64,000 bases of DNA from an uncultured Oxalobacteraceae bacterium (GTDB taxonomy: Bacteria > Pseudomonadota > Gammaproteobacteria > Burkholderiales > Burkholderiaceae_D), in the NCBI GenBank assembly GCA_966250375.1, contig CBINHE010000002.1, positions 7,961 to 71,960 of the forward strand, read 5' to 3'. Shown here piece by piece: positions 41,139-51,471 of the stretch; within the stretch, counting starts at the first letter, position 1; each line of letters opens with the position of its first letter. The translations under genes were made by a program, and so were the position numbers. The notes under the pieces were generated by a model that saw only the letters and a list, made by a program, of their open reading frames with translations, did no database searches and had not been told where the DNA came from.

Positions 41139-42733
41139 CGCAGGCCGATCAGTGCGACCCGTTCGGTATCGTGATTGCCGGTCACGGCAGCCGCGATCCC
41201 GACGCTGTTCGCGAGTTCGAGGCGCTGATCGAGTTGGTTCGGGCGCGCGCCCCGCAGCATGTGGTCAGCCACGGCTATCTGGAGTTCGCCAGCCCGACCA
41301 TCGAGCAGGGAGTGGCAGCGAATCTCGCCGCCGGTGCACGGCAAGTGGCCGTGGTGCCGGGCGTGCTGCTGGCAGCGCGTCACGCCAAGAACGACATGCC
41401 GAGCGAGCTACTGGCGTTGGCGCGCGAGCATCCTGCCATCGATTTTCATTTTGGTGCACCGCTCAACATGCATCCGCTGCTGTTGCAGCTCGCGCAGGAG
41501 CGTATCGTCGCCGCCGAGTCGACATCCCCGAACACGGTGCGACGCGCTGACACTTGCCTGGTGCTGGTCGGGCGCGGCACCACCGATCCGGATGCCAATG
41601 GCGACGTCGCCAAGCTGGCGCGCATGCTGGAAGAGGGCATGGGTTTCGGCGGGGCGTACGTCTGTTATTCGGGCAGCGCCAAGCCGCTGGTCGCCGATGG
41701 CTTGCGCGCTGCGGCGCGGCTTGGATTTTCGAGGCTCATCGTGTTGCCGTTCTTTTTATTCGACGGCGTGCTGGTCAAGCGCATCTATGCGGCGGCCGAC
41801 GCATTGCAGGCGCGTGAGCCGGCGCTGGAAGTGCTCAAGGCCGGTTATCTCGGCGTGCATCCGCACGTGGCCGACGTCATGATCGAACGCGCGCGCGAAG
41901 CGGTAGCCGGGCGCGCTGCGATGAACTGTTCGCTGTGTAAATACCGGGTGCAGATCGTCGGCTTCGAGGAGCAAGTGGGTGAACCGCAGCGGGCGCACCA
42001 TCTGCGGGTGCGAGGCTTGCTGGAGAAAGAGAGTGCGGGCACGTTGCAGCCGCCTGAAATCAAACCAGAATTTACACCCTACGAGCCGCATCCGATAGAA
42101 GCCGAGAGCTTCCGCATCATTGCCGCCGGACGCGACTGGTCGGGCTTCCCCGCAGCGCATTTGACAGTGCTGCAACGGCTGGTGCATACCAGCGGCGACT
42201 TCGATGCGGTTGACGATATCTACTTTTCGCCGGGGGCGGTCGAGATAGGCATCCGCGCACTATTGCGCTGCAAGCGCGTAGTGGCCGACGTCACCATGGT
42301 GCAAACCGGTTTGAAGCGCGCGCTGCTCGAGCAACTCGACATCGAAACCTGGTGCGGGGTGCACGACCGCGAGACGCACTTGATGGCACAGACGCAGGGC
42401 ATCACGCGCTCTGCGGCCGGTATCCGGCGCGCCTGGGAAAAATTCGGCAATGACATCGTACTCGCGATTGGCGATGCGCCGACGGCGATCGTCGAGGCGA
42501 CACGCCTGATCCGCGAGCACGGCTGGCGGCCGCAACTGGTGATCGGCTTGCCGGTCGGCTTCGTCGGCACCCGTGAAAGCAAGGATGAGTTGCGCCGTTG
42601 CCTGCAAGTGCCGCGCATTACCAATAGCGGCACGCGCGGTGGTTCACCGTGGGCGGCGAGTGTGGTCAATGCGCTGATGATCGATGCGGTTAATCAGATA
42701 ACTGTGCAGCTTGCATGGTATGGCCGAGCTTGA
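41135..42733 (+). CDS. Fusion of long CbiX-type chelatase (two CbiX halves plus MXCXXC motif) with precorrin-8X methylmutase CobH/CbiC
   Basis: Two GHGSRD / GRGTTD CbiX repeats. MNCSLC at 41921-41938. C-terminal CobH signature ([22 protein letters not shown]). ATGA overlap with cbiE; the ORF-track start 40994 is rejected. Confidence 0.85.
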   Translation: MTQADQCDPFGIVIAGHGSRDPDAVREFEALIELVRARAPQHVVSHGYLEFASPTIEQGVAANLAAGARQVAVVPGVLLAARHAKNDMPSELLALAREHPAIDFHFGAPLNMHPLLLQLAQERIVAAESTSPNTVRRADTCLVLVGRGTTDPDANGDVAKLARMLEEGMGFGGAYVCYSGSAKPLVADGLRAAARLGFSRLIVLPFFLFDGVLVKRIYAAADALQAREPALEVLKAGYLGVHPHVADVMIERAREAVAGRAAMNCSLCKYRVQIVGFEEQVGEPQRAHHLRVRGLLEKESAGTLQPPEIKPEFTPYEPHPIEAESFRIIAAGRDWSGFPAAHLTVLQRLVHTSGDFDAVDDIYFSPGAVEIGIRALLRCKRVVADVTMVQTGLKRALLEQLDIETWCGVHDRETHLMAQTQGITRSAAGIRRAWEKFGNDIVLAIGDAPTAIVEATRLIREHGWRPQLVIGLPVGFVGTRESKDELRRCLQVPRITNSGTRGGSPWAASVVNALMIDAVNQITVQLAWYGRA

Positions 42734-43868
42734 ACGGACAGAATTCGATTTGCTCGTGCCGGCAGGAAACGGTCTGCGGCGCGGGCGCACGACGGGCAGT
42801 TGCGCCACGGCGGCGGTCAAGGCAGCGCTTTACTTGCTATTGCGCGGGGAGCGATGTGAGCGTGTAGAGGTAACACTGCCGGACGGCGCGCATTATCTGG
42901 TGGTGCCGATTCAGGATTTGTGTCGGCTCGATCAACACACTGTGCGTGCAGAGGTGCAGAAGGATGGCGGCGACGATCCGGACAGCACCCATGGCGCGAC
43001 CATTTTCGCCGAGGTGCGGCGCAACGACACGGGGCAGATTCGCTTCTTCGCCGGCCGCGGTGTCGGCACCGCGACCCAGCCCGGTTTGCGGGTAGCGGTG
43101 GGTGAGCCGGCGATTAATCCGGCGCCGCGCCAGATGATGCGGCAGGCGGTTGCTGAAGTGCTGGAAGAATCATTGCCGGAGGAACGGAAAGCAGGCTTTG
43201 ATCTGACGATCGGCTGCGAAAATGGTGAAGTGATCGCGCGGAAAACATTTAATCCCCGGCTCGGCATTCTCGGCGGCATTTCGATCCTCGGCACGTCGGG
43301 CATCGTCGAGCCGATGTCGATGGCATCCTGGATTGCGTCGATTGAAGTGTATGTGCGCGTCGCGCTCGGCGGCGGTGCGCAGAGTGTGGCTTACCTGCCG
43401 GGCAAGATCGGTCGTGATTACGCGAAGGATGTGTTGCAGTTGCCCGAAAAGCGCACGGTGCAGATCGCCAATTTTTTGGGCGATGCGCTCGACTTCACGC
43501 AGAAGGCGCTGAGTGAGGAGCAACGCCGCCTCGAGGTGCTGTGGCTGGCCGGCCATCCAGGCAAACTGGCAAAATTGCTCGACGGCGCATGGGACACGCA
43601 TTCGAGCAAGAGCAACATGGCGATGGGCTGCGTGGCGCGAGTGGCGGCAGAACGCGGGTTTGCGCCGGACTTGGTACAGGAAATAGAAAAGGCAAATACA
43701 GTGGAAGCAGCGATGGAAAGATTAAAGAGCGAACCCGGGGCGCAGGCGTTGTGGGTCGACATCGAGCAGCGCATCGGCGTGCTGGCACATGCGCGCGTGC
43801 CGGCGGTGAATAAGGTTGAAGTGCGCTTGTTTGACTTGCACGGCAATGCGCTAGGAGAGGATGCGTGA
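42720..43868 (+). CDS. cbiD: Cobalt-precorrin-5B (C1)-methyltransferase CbiD
   Basis: [27 protein letters not shown] motifs. Confidence 0.9.
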   Translation: MAELERTEFDLLVPAGNGLRRGRTTGSCATAAVKAALYLLLRGERCERVEVTLPDGAHYLVVPIQDLCRLDQHTVRAEVQKDGGDDPDSTHGATIFAEVRRNDTGQIRFFAGRGVGTATQPGLRVAVGEPAINPAPRQMMRQAVAEVLEESLPEERKAGFDLTIGCENGEVIARKTFNPRLGILGGISILGTSGIVEPMSMASWIASIEVYVRVALGGGAQSVAYLPGKIGRDYAKDVLQLPEKRTVQIANFLGDALDFTQKALSEEQRRLEVLWLAGHPGKLAKLLDGAWDTHSSKSNMAMGCVARVAAERGFAPDLVQEIEKANTVEAAMERLKSEPGAQALWVDIEQRIGVLAHARVPAVNKVEVRLFDLHGNALGEDA

Positions 43869-44620
43869 GCATGAGATCAAAACCCGGCACCGCAGTTGGC
43901 ACATTCTGGGGCATCGGCGTTGGCCCGGGACCAGCCGGCTATCTGCCGCTCGCGGCGCTCGAGGCGCTACGGCAAGCCGACGTCGTACTCGTGCCGCGGG
44001 CGCGCAGCGCGGAAACGTCGGTCGCACTGCAATGCCTGACCGGTATCGACATCCGGTCGCAACGACTACGGGAAATCGAATTCAACATGGATCCGGACCG
44101 GTCGGTATTGCGCGAGCATTATGCGCAGTTGGCCGACACGATTGCAGTCGATCTGTGCGCCGGACGCAATGTGGCTTACCTGACGATCGGCGATACGCTG
44201 ACGTACTCCACCTACGGCTATGTGCTGGCCGCGTTGCGCGAGCGGCTGCCCGAATTGCCACACCGTACTTTTCCCGGCATCACCAGCTACGCAGCCGCCG
44301 CATCGGCCCTGAGCTGGCCGCTGGGCGAGGGCAAGGAACGAATACTGATCTTGCCGTGTCCTGACGATCCTCTGGCGCTGCGGCGCGATATCGAAACGCA
44401 TGACATCGTGGTGTTGATGAAGGTCGGCGCACGCCTGGCTTGGGTACTCGACCTGTTGCGCGACATGGGCATCGCCGAATATTGCGCATTTGCGCGCCGC
44501 ATCGGCTTGCCAGGTGAAATGCTGGCGACCGATGTCGAGAATTTATGTGCGACCGAGGCAATGGGGTATCTTGCGACGCTGCTGATCCGTAAAACCCCGA
44601 GAGAAAAAAGACACACATGA
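43865..44620 (+). CDS. cobI: Precorrin-2 / cobalt-factor II C20-methyltransferase
   Basis: GTFWGIGVGPGPAGYL...ADVV, TIGDTLTYSTY, PGITS. GTG 43865 or ATG 43871 start. Confidence 0.88.
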   Translation: MSMRSKPGTAVGTFWGIGVGPGPAGYLPLAALEALRQADVVLVPRARSAETSVALQCLTGIDIRSQRLREIEFNMDPDRSVLREHYAQLADTIAVDLCAGRNVAYLTIGDTLTYSTYGYVLAALRERLPELPHRTFPGITSYAAAASALSWPLGEGKERILILPCPDDPLALRRDIETHDIVVLMKVGARLAWVLDLLRDMGIAEYCAFARRIGLPGEMLATDVENLCATEAMGYLATLLIRKTPREKRHT

Positions 44621-45417
44621 AGGTATATTTCATCGGTGCCGGTCCCGGCGCTTCCGACCTGATCACGCTGCGTGGCGCCAACATACTGGGCCGCGTCAAC
44701 ATGGTGCTGTACGCCGGTTCGTTGGTACCGACCGACATGCTGCAGCATTGTCGCCCAGATGCCGAGCTGATCGATACCGCCAAGCTCGACCTCGAACAGC
44801 AGGAGGCGTGTTACCGCCGTGCCCAGACAGCCGGCTGCGACGTGGCGCGCCTGCACTCGGGCGATCCGGCAATCTACGGCGCGACCGCCGAGCAAATGCG
44901 GCGGCTCGATGCGCTGGGCATCGAATACGAGATAGTGCCGGGGGTGTCGTCGTTCAGCGCCGCCGCCGCCGCAGTCAAGGCCGAATTGACCAAGCCGGAA
45001 GTGTCGCAGACCATCATCCTGACCCGCGTTTCCGGTCGTGCATCGGCGGTGCCGGAAGCAGAAGCGATCGCCAAATTGGCCGAGCATCGCGCGACCATGT
45101 GCATTTTCCTGTCGGGGCCGCATCTGAAAAAAATCGTGACCGACCTGCGTCTGCATTATCCGGAGGACACGCCGGTGACACTGGTTTATCGGGCTAGCTG
45201 GCCCGAGCAACGCATCTATCAGGGAAGCCTTGGCACGGTGTTGAAAGAAACCAAGCGCGGCGCCTGGAACCTGACCACCATGCTGCTGGTCGGCGCAGCG
45301 CTGGGGGATGGCGCGCAGGTGGAGTCAAGCTTGTACTCGAAGGATTTCAAGCATCTGTTTCGGGCCGTGAAAAAGACCAAGCCAAAGGTCGAAAAGATCG
45401 AAAAGGCAATAGCGTGA
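44617..45417 (+). CDS. cobM: Precorrin-4 / cobalt-precorrin-4 C11-methyltransferase
   Basis: VYFIGAGPGASDLIT.RG, LHSGDPAIYGA, VPGVSS. ATGA overlap. Confidence 0.92.
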   Translation: MKVYFIGAGPGASDLITLRGANILGRVNMVLYAGSLVPTDMLQHCRPDAELIDTAKLDLEQQEACYRRAQTAGCDVARLHSGDPAIYGATAEQMRRLDALGIEYEIVPGVSSFSAAAAAVKAELTKPEVSQTIILTRVSGRASAVPEAEAIAKLAEHRATMCIFLSGPHLKKIVTDLRLHYPEDTPVTLVYRASWPEQRIYQGSLGTVLKETKRGAWNLTTMLLVGAALGDGAQVESSLYSKDFKHLFRAVKKTKPKVEKIEKAIA

Positions 45418-46190
45418 GCGGGGACGTAAATGCATCACTCGGCATCTGGCTGGTGCGCGCAGAAAGCGAAGCACTCGCCGCTGCTCTGCAAGCGCAGCTC
45501 GGCGGCACGATGTACCGCCCCTGGTTGAATCCGTCCGTGACACAGAAGCAGCAGTTCGCTGCCGTGTATCGACAGCATGCACAGTGGGTGATGGTGGCAG
45601 CCAGTGGCATCGCGGTGCGCTTTCTCGATGGCTTGGCGCAGGATAAGCACAGCGATCCGGCGCTGGTGGTGCTGGACGAAGCGGGCTGTTATGCGGTATC
45701 GCTGCTGGCCGGGCACGAGGGCGGCGCCAACCGTCTGGCTTATCGCGTGGCTAACGCAGTCGGCGCGGTGCCGGTGGTCACCACGGCGACCGAGGCCTTG
45801 AAGTCGCTCGTGGTTGGCATTGGTTGCCGCAAGGGCGTGTCGGCCGAGCGAATCGACGCGGCGGTGCAGCAGGCGCTTGATGGGCTTGCTGGGCGCCGTT
45901 TAAACGAAGTGCGCGAGGTTGCGACGATCGACCTGAAGGCGGACGAGCCGGGATTGATCGAATTCTGCGCGCGGCATGACTTGCCGCTGCGGATCTTTGC
46001 GCGTGACACGGTAGCGGCACGGGCATGGGTGACGCAGCCCTCGGATTGGGTACGTCAAAACGTGGGGCTCGATGGCGTATGCGAACCATGCGCTTTGATC
46101 GCCTGCACGCGCGGCAAACTGGCGGTGCCGAAAATGGCTTTGGACGGCGTGGCCGTGGCAGTAGTAGAAGATAAATGGATGGAAGCATGA
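45414..46190 (+). CDS. cbiG: CbiG-family protein (cobalt-precorrin-5A hydrolase / CobE-like C-terminal domain)
   Basis: N-terminal CbiG region plus C-terminal VVGIGCRKG....I...V........L....V..ATID.K..E. Confidence 0.8.
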   Translation: MSGDVNASLGIWLVRAESEALAAALQAQLGGTMYRPWLNPSVTQKQQFAAVYRQHAQWVMVAASGIAVRFLDGLAQDKHSDPALVVLDEAGCYAVSLLAGHEGGANRLAYRVANAVGAVPVVTTATEALKSLVVGIGCRKGVSAERIDAAVQQALDGLAGRRLNEVREVATIDLKADEPGLIEFCARHDLPLRIFARDTVAARAWVTQPSDWVRQNVGLDGVCEPCALIACTRGKLAVPKMALDGVAVAVVEDKWMEA

Positions 46191-47746
46191 CTGGGGTACT
46201 GAATTTGGTGTCGGTCGGACCGGGCTTTAACGACTTGATCATTCCGCGTGCCGAAGCGGCGTTGCGCGACAGCGACGTGATCGTGGCCTACGAGTTGTAT
46301 TTGCGCTGGATCGAACCGTGGCTGGAAGGCAAGGAAATTCACACGCCGCCGCTGACGCAAGAGCGCGAGCGCGCTTTGCTGGCGATCGACAAAGCCCGCA
46401 GCGGCGCCAAAGTCGCCTTGATTTCCAGCGGCGACATCGGTATTTACGCAATGGCGGCACTGGCGTTCGAGGAGATGCAGGAAGACGATACCTACGAGGT
46501 GAATGTCGTGCCGGGGATTACTTCGGCCAATGCCTGCGCGTCGTTGCTGGGCTCGCCCTTATCGCATGACTTCGCCACCCTCAGCCTGTCCGATTTGCTA
46601 TGTCCTTGGGAATGGATCGAAAACCGCGCACGGCACATCGCGCAAGCCGACTTGGCTTGCGTGTTGTACAACGTGCAGAGCGCCGGCCGGCAGCAGGGTG
46701 TCTATCGCATCCTGAATCTCATGCTGGAATCCAAGGCGCCGCATACCTTGTGCGGCGTGGTGAAAAATGCTTATCGGCCCGGTCAGCAAGTCAGCATCCA
46801 TCGCCTGGAAGAATTGCCGGCATTGCAGTTCGATATGCTCACCACCATCGTGATCGGCAACCGGTTTACCCGGCGCAAGCGCGGCCGCATTTTTACGCCG
46901 CGCGGCTACAACGACTGGGCTTCGCCGGATGTTGCGCCAGCCATGCAGCAGGAACAGCATGCATTACCCGATCATGCAGTCTGGGTTTTTTCCGGTACCA
47001 GCGACGGCAATGCACTGGCGACGCAGTTGGCAGCAGCGCAGGACTGCCCGGTGATCGTATCCGCAGCTACTGAATACGGTGGCGAGGTGGCCATCAAGGA
47101 CTGTCCGGGCGTGTCGGTCTGGGCCGGTCGTCAAGGCATCGAAGCACGCCGGCAGGCCCTGACGCGCAGCCATGCGCGCGCGCTGGTCGATGCGACGCAT
47201 CCCTATGCCACGATCATTTCCGAACAGTTGATTGGTTTATCGCGTGAACTCGGCATCCCGTATTTGCGCTATGAGCGGCCCAGTGCGCTTGCGCCGGCGT
47301 ACGGTGATTTGTGCGAATCGATGGCGCAGGCAGCCGAACGCGCCATCGCGCTCGGCCGACGTATTTTTCTGGCGACCGGCTCCAAGGATCTGGCGACGTT
47401 TCTGCAAGCGCCCGGTGCAAATGCGCGAGAGTGGTTTGTGCGTGTCACGGCAGAGCCGGAATTCATTCAGCGCGCGATCGATCTGGGCGTGCCGCGCAGC
47501 CACCTGTGCGCGATGCAAGGACCCTTCTCGGAGGCGTTCAATACGGCATTGTGGCGCGATTGGCAAATCGATTGTGTGGTGACCAAGGATTCCGGCGACG
47601 CCGGCGGCTATCGCGCCAAAGCGGCAGCGGCGCAGGCGCTGGATATTCCATTGCTCGTGATTCAACGGCCGAATCTGGCGTATCCGCTGTTCACCTCGAC
47701 GTTCGATGCTGTGTTACAGCAACTGGCGACGTGGAAAATAGCATGA
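46187..47746 (+). CDS. Fusion of precorrin-3B C17-methyltransferase (CobJ/CbiH) with precorrin-6A reductase (CobK/CbiJ)
   Basis: N-terminus LVSVGPG...SSGDIGIYAMA...VPGITS. C-terminus VWVFSGTSDG...VDATHPYA...LRYERP...KDSG. ATGA overlap with cbiG. Confidence 0.88.
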   Translation: MTGVLNLVSVGPGFNDLIIPRAEAALRDSDVIVAYELYLRWIEPWLEGKEIHTPPLTQERERALLAIDKARSGAKVALISSGDIGIYAMAALAFEEMQEDDTYEVNVVPGITSANACASLLGSPLSHDFATLSLSDLLCPWEWIENRARHIAQADLACVLYNVQSAGRQQGVYRILNLMLESKAPHTLCGVVKNAYRPGQQVSIHRLEELPALQFDMLTTIVIGNRFTRRKRGRIFTPRGYNDWASPDVAPAMQQEQHALPDHAVWVFSGTSDGNALATQLAAAQDCPVIVSAATEYGGEVAIKDCPGVSVWAGRQGIEARRQALTRSHARALVDATHPYATIISEQLIGLSRELGIPYLRYERPSALAPAYGDLCESMAQAAERAIALGRRIFLATGSKDLATFLQAPGANAREWFVRVTAEPEFIQRAIDLGVPRSHLCAMQGPFSEAFNTALWRDWQIDCVVTKDSGDAGGYRAKAAAAQALDIPLLVIQRPNLAYPLFTSTFDAVLQQLATWKIA

Positions 47747-48867
47747 ATCAGCTGATTCCCGTCACCATCGTCACCGGTTTTTTGGGCTCGGGCAAAACCA
47801 CCTTGCTGCGCAGCTTGATTCAACGCAGGCAAACCCGCCGCCTTGCGCTGTTGATCAATGAGTTCGGCGAAGTCTCGATCGACGGGGAGTTGATCCGCGA
47901 CAGTGCCGATAATAATAACGATGGTGATCAGATCCGGATTCACGATTTTTCACACGGCCTGATCGCCTATGGCGACGATGAACTTTTTATTCCTGTCATG
48001 CGCGCGATCGCTGAACGCCGCGCCAATGTCGATCATGTGCTGATCGAAACCTCCGGCCTGGCGCTGCCGACGGCGGTAATGGAAATGCTGCAGAGCCCCG
48101 AACTGGCCGCAGATTTTATTCTGGATGCGACACTGGCCGTGGTGGATACGCCCTTGTTATTGTCCGATCAGTTCGAGCGCGGTAATGAGGCCGATGGCCC
48201 GCAAGCGGCGGTCGCCGGCATGTTTGAACAGCAGCTCGAATACGCCGATGTCGTGGTGTTGAATAAAATCGATCTGCTCGATGAAAATGCGCTGCTACTG
48301 GCCGAGACCCGCGTGCGGCAACGCGCGCCGAATGTGCGCTTCCTTGAACTGGCCTATCACGCACAGCTTGATATCCGCCTTGCTCTGGGACTGCGCTTGC
48401 ATCAGCCAACATTGGTTGCGCACAACCACCGTTACACGCCGCTGGCGTCGATGCCGGGCGCCGATGCTTCTCTACTCGGCAATCAAGATCGCTTGAACGG
48501 TCACGCTCATTCCGGCTTGAGTGCCCACAGCCATGGCCTCGCGACGCACAAGCATTTTCATGAGCAGGACCCGGGCTGGCTGTCGTTTGTCCTGCGCAGC
48601 CAGGCGCCGCAGCAAACAGAAACATTGAAATTCGCGTTGATCGAAGCGGCCAAGGCGGAACCGATCTTGCGCAGTAAAGGTTTTATTCGTACCAACGATT
48701 CGGAACGTGCGGTGCTGGTGCAGGGCGTGCGCTCACGGGTGGCGATCAGTGTCGATGCAGAAAAATCGGCCCCACAAAAATCGGAACTGGTGTTCATCGG
48801 TTACCATCCGAGCCGCACCAAAGTGGCGACACTGTTATCCGACTTGACCGGAACTACCTGGAGATAA
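47743..48867 (+). CDS. cobW: CobW (COG0523 metallochaperone GTPase)
   Basis: PVTIVTGFLGSGKTTLL, ETSGLA, LNKIDL. His-rich stretch NGHAHSGLSAHSHGLATHKHFHE. ATGA overlap; the ORF-track start 47311 is rejected. Confidence 0.9.
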   Translation: MNQLIPVTIVTGFLGSGKTTLLRSLIQRRQTRRLALLINEFGEVSIDGELIRDSADNNNDGDQIRIHDFSHGLIAYGDDELFIPVMRAIAERRANVDHVLIETSGLALPTAVMEMLQSPELAADFILDATLAVVDTPLLLSDQFERGNEADGPQAAVAGMFEQQLEYADVVVLNKIDLLDENALLLAETRVRQRAPNVRFLELAYHAQLDIRLALGLRLHQPTLVAHNHRYTPLASMPGADASLLGNQDRLNGHAHSGLSAHSHGLATHKHFHEQDPGWLSFVLRSQAPQQTETLKFALIEAAKAEPILRSKGFIRTNDSERAVLVQGVRSRVAISVDAEKSAPQKSELVFIGYHPSRTKVATLLSDLTGTTWR

Positions 48868-48872
48868 TTTTA

Positions 48873-49475
48873 ATGAAAACCGATCCTGAATCACATAAAC
48901 GGATGACCCAGCGTCATAAAGAAGGCTTCGAAAAAAAGAAGGCCGCTGCGCAAAAAGAAAAAGGCTTGCTGATTGTGTACACCGGCACCGGCAAAGGCAA
49001 ATCCACCGCCGCATTCGGCATGGGCATGCGCATACTCGGCCATCAGATGAAACTGGGTGTGGTGCAATTCATCAAGGGCGCATTACACAGCGCCGAACGC
49101 CAGGTGCTCGGCAGTAACCCCAATTGCGATTTTCATGTCGTCGGCGCCGGTTATACCTGGGATACGCAGGATCGCGCAGCCGACATGCAAACGGCCGCCA
49201 ACGGTTGGGCCGAAGCGGTCAGGATGATCACCGATCCTTCCTACGATATGGTGATTCTCGATGAACTCAATATCGTGCTTAAGTATCAATACCTCGACTT
49301 GGCCGAAGTCCTTGAGGTATTCGGCAAGCGGCGCGAGATGCTGCACATCGTTGTCACCGGCCGTCATGCACCGGAGGGATTGATCGAACTGGCCGATCTC
49401 GTCAGCGATATTCGCCCGGTAAAACACCCGTATCAGGAGCAGGGCATCAAGGCGCAAAAAGGGGTGGAGTTTTAA
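48873..49475 (+). CDS. cobO: Cob(I)yrinic acid a,c-diamide adenosyltransferase
   Basis: GLLIVYTGTGKGKSTAAFG, VQFIKG, LDELN, TGR motifs. Confidence 0.93.
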   Translation: MKTDPESHKRMTQRHKEGFEKKKAAAQKEKGLLIVYTGTGKGKSTAAFGMGMRILGHQMKLGVVQFIKGALHSAERQVLGSNPNCDFHVVGAGYTWDTQDRAADMQTAANGWAEAVRMITDPSYDMVILDELNIVLKYQYLDLAEVLEVFGKRREMLHIVVTGRHAPEGLIELADLVSDIRPVKHPYQEQGIKAQKGVEF

Positions 49476-49476
49476 G

Positions 49477-50769
49477 GTGCAAACGCAACGCTGCCCCGCG
49501 CTCTTCATCAGCGCACCCGGCTCCAATCACGGCAAGACGACCGTCACTGCCGCGCTCGCCCGCTTCCATGCCAACCAAGGTCGTAAAGTCAGGGTATTCA
49601 AGACCGGGCCGGATTTTCTTGATCCGATGATACTTGAGCGCGCTTGCGGCCAGCCGGTGTACCAACTGGATCTTTGGCTGGCAGGTGAAGCAGAATGTCG
49701 GCGCCTGGTCTACGAGGCGGCGCAAACGGCGGATCTGATCCTGATCGAGGGCGTGATGGGTTTGTTCGACGGTAGCCCTTGCAGCGCTGATCTCGCCGAA
49801 AAATCAGGGGTGCCGGTGCTGGCGGTAATCGACGCATCCGGAGTAGCGCAAACGTTGGGCGCAATCGCGTATGGACTTGCCCATTATCGTTCAGGACTGC
49901 CGTTCGCCGGCGCGCTGGCCAATGCGGTCGCCAGCAGCCGTCATGAAGAAATGATCGTGCAGGGCATGCCCCCGGGAATGCGCTACTTCGGCGGGCTGCC
50001 GCGCAATACGCAATTTACTTTGCCGGAGCGGCATCTGGGTCTGGTGCAGGCCGAAGAGGTTATCGATCTCGAATCCCGCCTGTCGGCAGCCGCAGCGTCG
50101 ATTGCCTTGACAAGCTTGGCAGAATTGCCGGCAGCAGTGGAGTTCACCTGTACCGCCGTTGAACCGTTGCAGCAACTGCTGGCTGGTATGCGCATCGGCA
50201 TTGCGCGTGATCCGGCATTTTCATTTATTTATCCGGCCAATCTGGATTTGTTGGAGGCGCTGGGCGCCGAGCTTGTTTTCTTTTCGCCGCTCGCCGACCA
50301 GGCGCTACCAGAGGTGGACAGCCTTTACCTGCCGGGCGGATATCCGGAACTGCATCTTCAGCAATTGCAGGATAACGCAGCGCTGAAAGCCGCGCTGCAC
50401 AGCCACTTCCAGCGAGGAAAACCGATTTACGCAGAGTGCGGCGGGATGCTGTATTTGCTCGAATCGCTCACCGACAAAGCTGGAAAGCGCGGCGCAATGA
50501 CGGGGATTTTGCCAGGACACGCCCTCATGCAGGCGCGTTTGCAAGGCTTGGGTTATCAATCGGCGCCGATGCCGGGCGGCGTGCTGCGTAGCCATACTTT
50601 TCACCACTCGGTGATCGACACGCCGCTGACCCCGATCGCATCCGGTGAGCGTTTATACAATACCTCGCAAGGAGAGAGGATTTTTCAATTGGAGCGACTG
50701 ACAGCAAGTTACCTGCACTGTTACTTTCCTTCCAATCCAAGCGCGGCTGCCCGGCTGTTTCTGCCATGA
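49477..50769 (+). CDS. cobB: Cobyrinic / hydrogenobyrinic acid a,c-diamide synthase
   Basis: GSNHGKTTVT, FKTGPDFLDP, amidotransferase half with YAECGGMLYL. GTG start 1 nt after the cobO stop. Confidence 0.9.
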   Translation: MQTQRCPALFISAPGSNHGKTTVTAALARFHANQGRKVRVFKTGPDFLDPMILERACGQPVYQLDLWLAGEAECRRLVYEAAQTADLILIEGVMGLFDGSPCSADLAEKSGVPVLAVIDASGVAQTLGAIAYGLAHYRSGLPFAGALANAVASSRHEEMIVQGMPPGMRYFGGLPRNTQFTLPERHLGLVQAEEVIDLESRLSAAAASIALTSLAELPAAVEFTCTAVEPLQQLLAGMRIGIARDPAFSFIYPANLDLLEALGAELVFFSPLADQALPEVDSLYLPGGYPELHLQQLQDNAALKAALHSHFQRGKPIYAECGGMLYLLESLTDKAGKRGAMTGILPGHALMQARLQGLGYQSAPMPGGVLRSHTFHHSVIDTPLTPIASGERLYNTSQGERIFQLERLTASYLHCYFPSNPSAAARLFLP

Positions 50770-51431
50770 ACCGATTCAGCAACGAAGAGGTCGCCGCAGT
50801 ATACAAAGTGATCGCCGAACGGCGCGATATCCGCCACTTTCTGCCGGACCCACTCTCGCCGGAACTGCTGGCCCGCCTGTTGAACGCCGCGCATCTGGCT
50901 CCCAGCGTCGGCTTCATGCAGCCGTGGCGGTTTATCCGGATTTCGGACCCCAGCCTGCGCACCACCATTCACCAGATGGTAGAACAAGAGCGCATCAACA
51001 CCGCCCATGCCTTGCATGAGCGCGAGGACGAATTCATGCGGCTGAAAGTGGAGGGTGTGCGCGAGTGCGGCGAATTGCTGGTGGTGGCGTTGATGGATCG
51101 GCGCGAGGAGCATATTTTCGGACGTCGCACGCTGCCGGAAATGGACCTCGCCTCGGTTGCTTGCGCGATCCAAAACATCTGGCTGGCAGCTCGCGCCGAA
51201 GGTGTCGGCATGGGCTGGGTTTCGCTGTTCGATCCGGAGCAACTGCGTCTTGTACTGGGCATGCCCGCCGGCGCCAAGCCGATTGCGATCCTGTGTCTGG
51301 GTCATGTGGCAGCCTTTTATCCGAAGCCGATGCTCGAACTTGAAGGCTGGGCGGTGCGGCAGAAGCTGCAAGACATGGTGTACGAGAATGCCTGGCGCGA
51401 TCATGCCGAGACCAATAGTGAACCAGAATAA
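50766..51431 (+). CDS. bluB: 5,6-dimethylbenzimidazole synthase (BluB, nitroreductase fold)
   Basis: FSNEEVAAVYKVIAERRDIRHFLPDPL, APSVGFMQPWRF motifs. ATGA overlap. Confidence 0.88.
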   Translation: MNRFSNEEVAAVYKVIAERRDIRHFLPDPLSPELLARLLNAAHLAPSVGFMQPWRFIRISDPSLRTTIHQMVEQERINTAHALHEREDEFMRLKVEGVRECGELLVVALMDRREEHIFGRRTLPEMDLASVACAIQNIWLAARAEGVGMGWVSLFDPEQLRLVLGMPAGAKPIAILCLGHVAAFYPKPMLELEGWAVRQKLQDMVYENAWRDHAETNSEPE

Positions 51432-51471
51432 ACCTGAATCATCACCCCAATTTTTATTTAAGGAGAATCAT

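Noticed and set aside
47311-47742. N-terminal extensions in the ORF track for cobW, and likewise for cbiX-cobH (40994-41134), hupE (51157-51471), sodB (4182-4346), phhB (59631-59750), livH (26797-26907), maiA, purN, orn and srkA.
   Set aside because: The extensions overlap the preceding gene in another frame and lack family similarity. Internal ATG starts coincide with ATGA/GTGA stop-start overlaps or good Shine-Dalgarno sequences and with the conserved N-termini.
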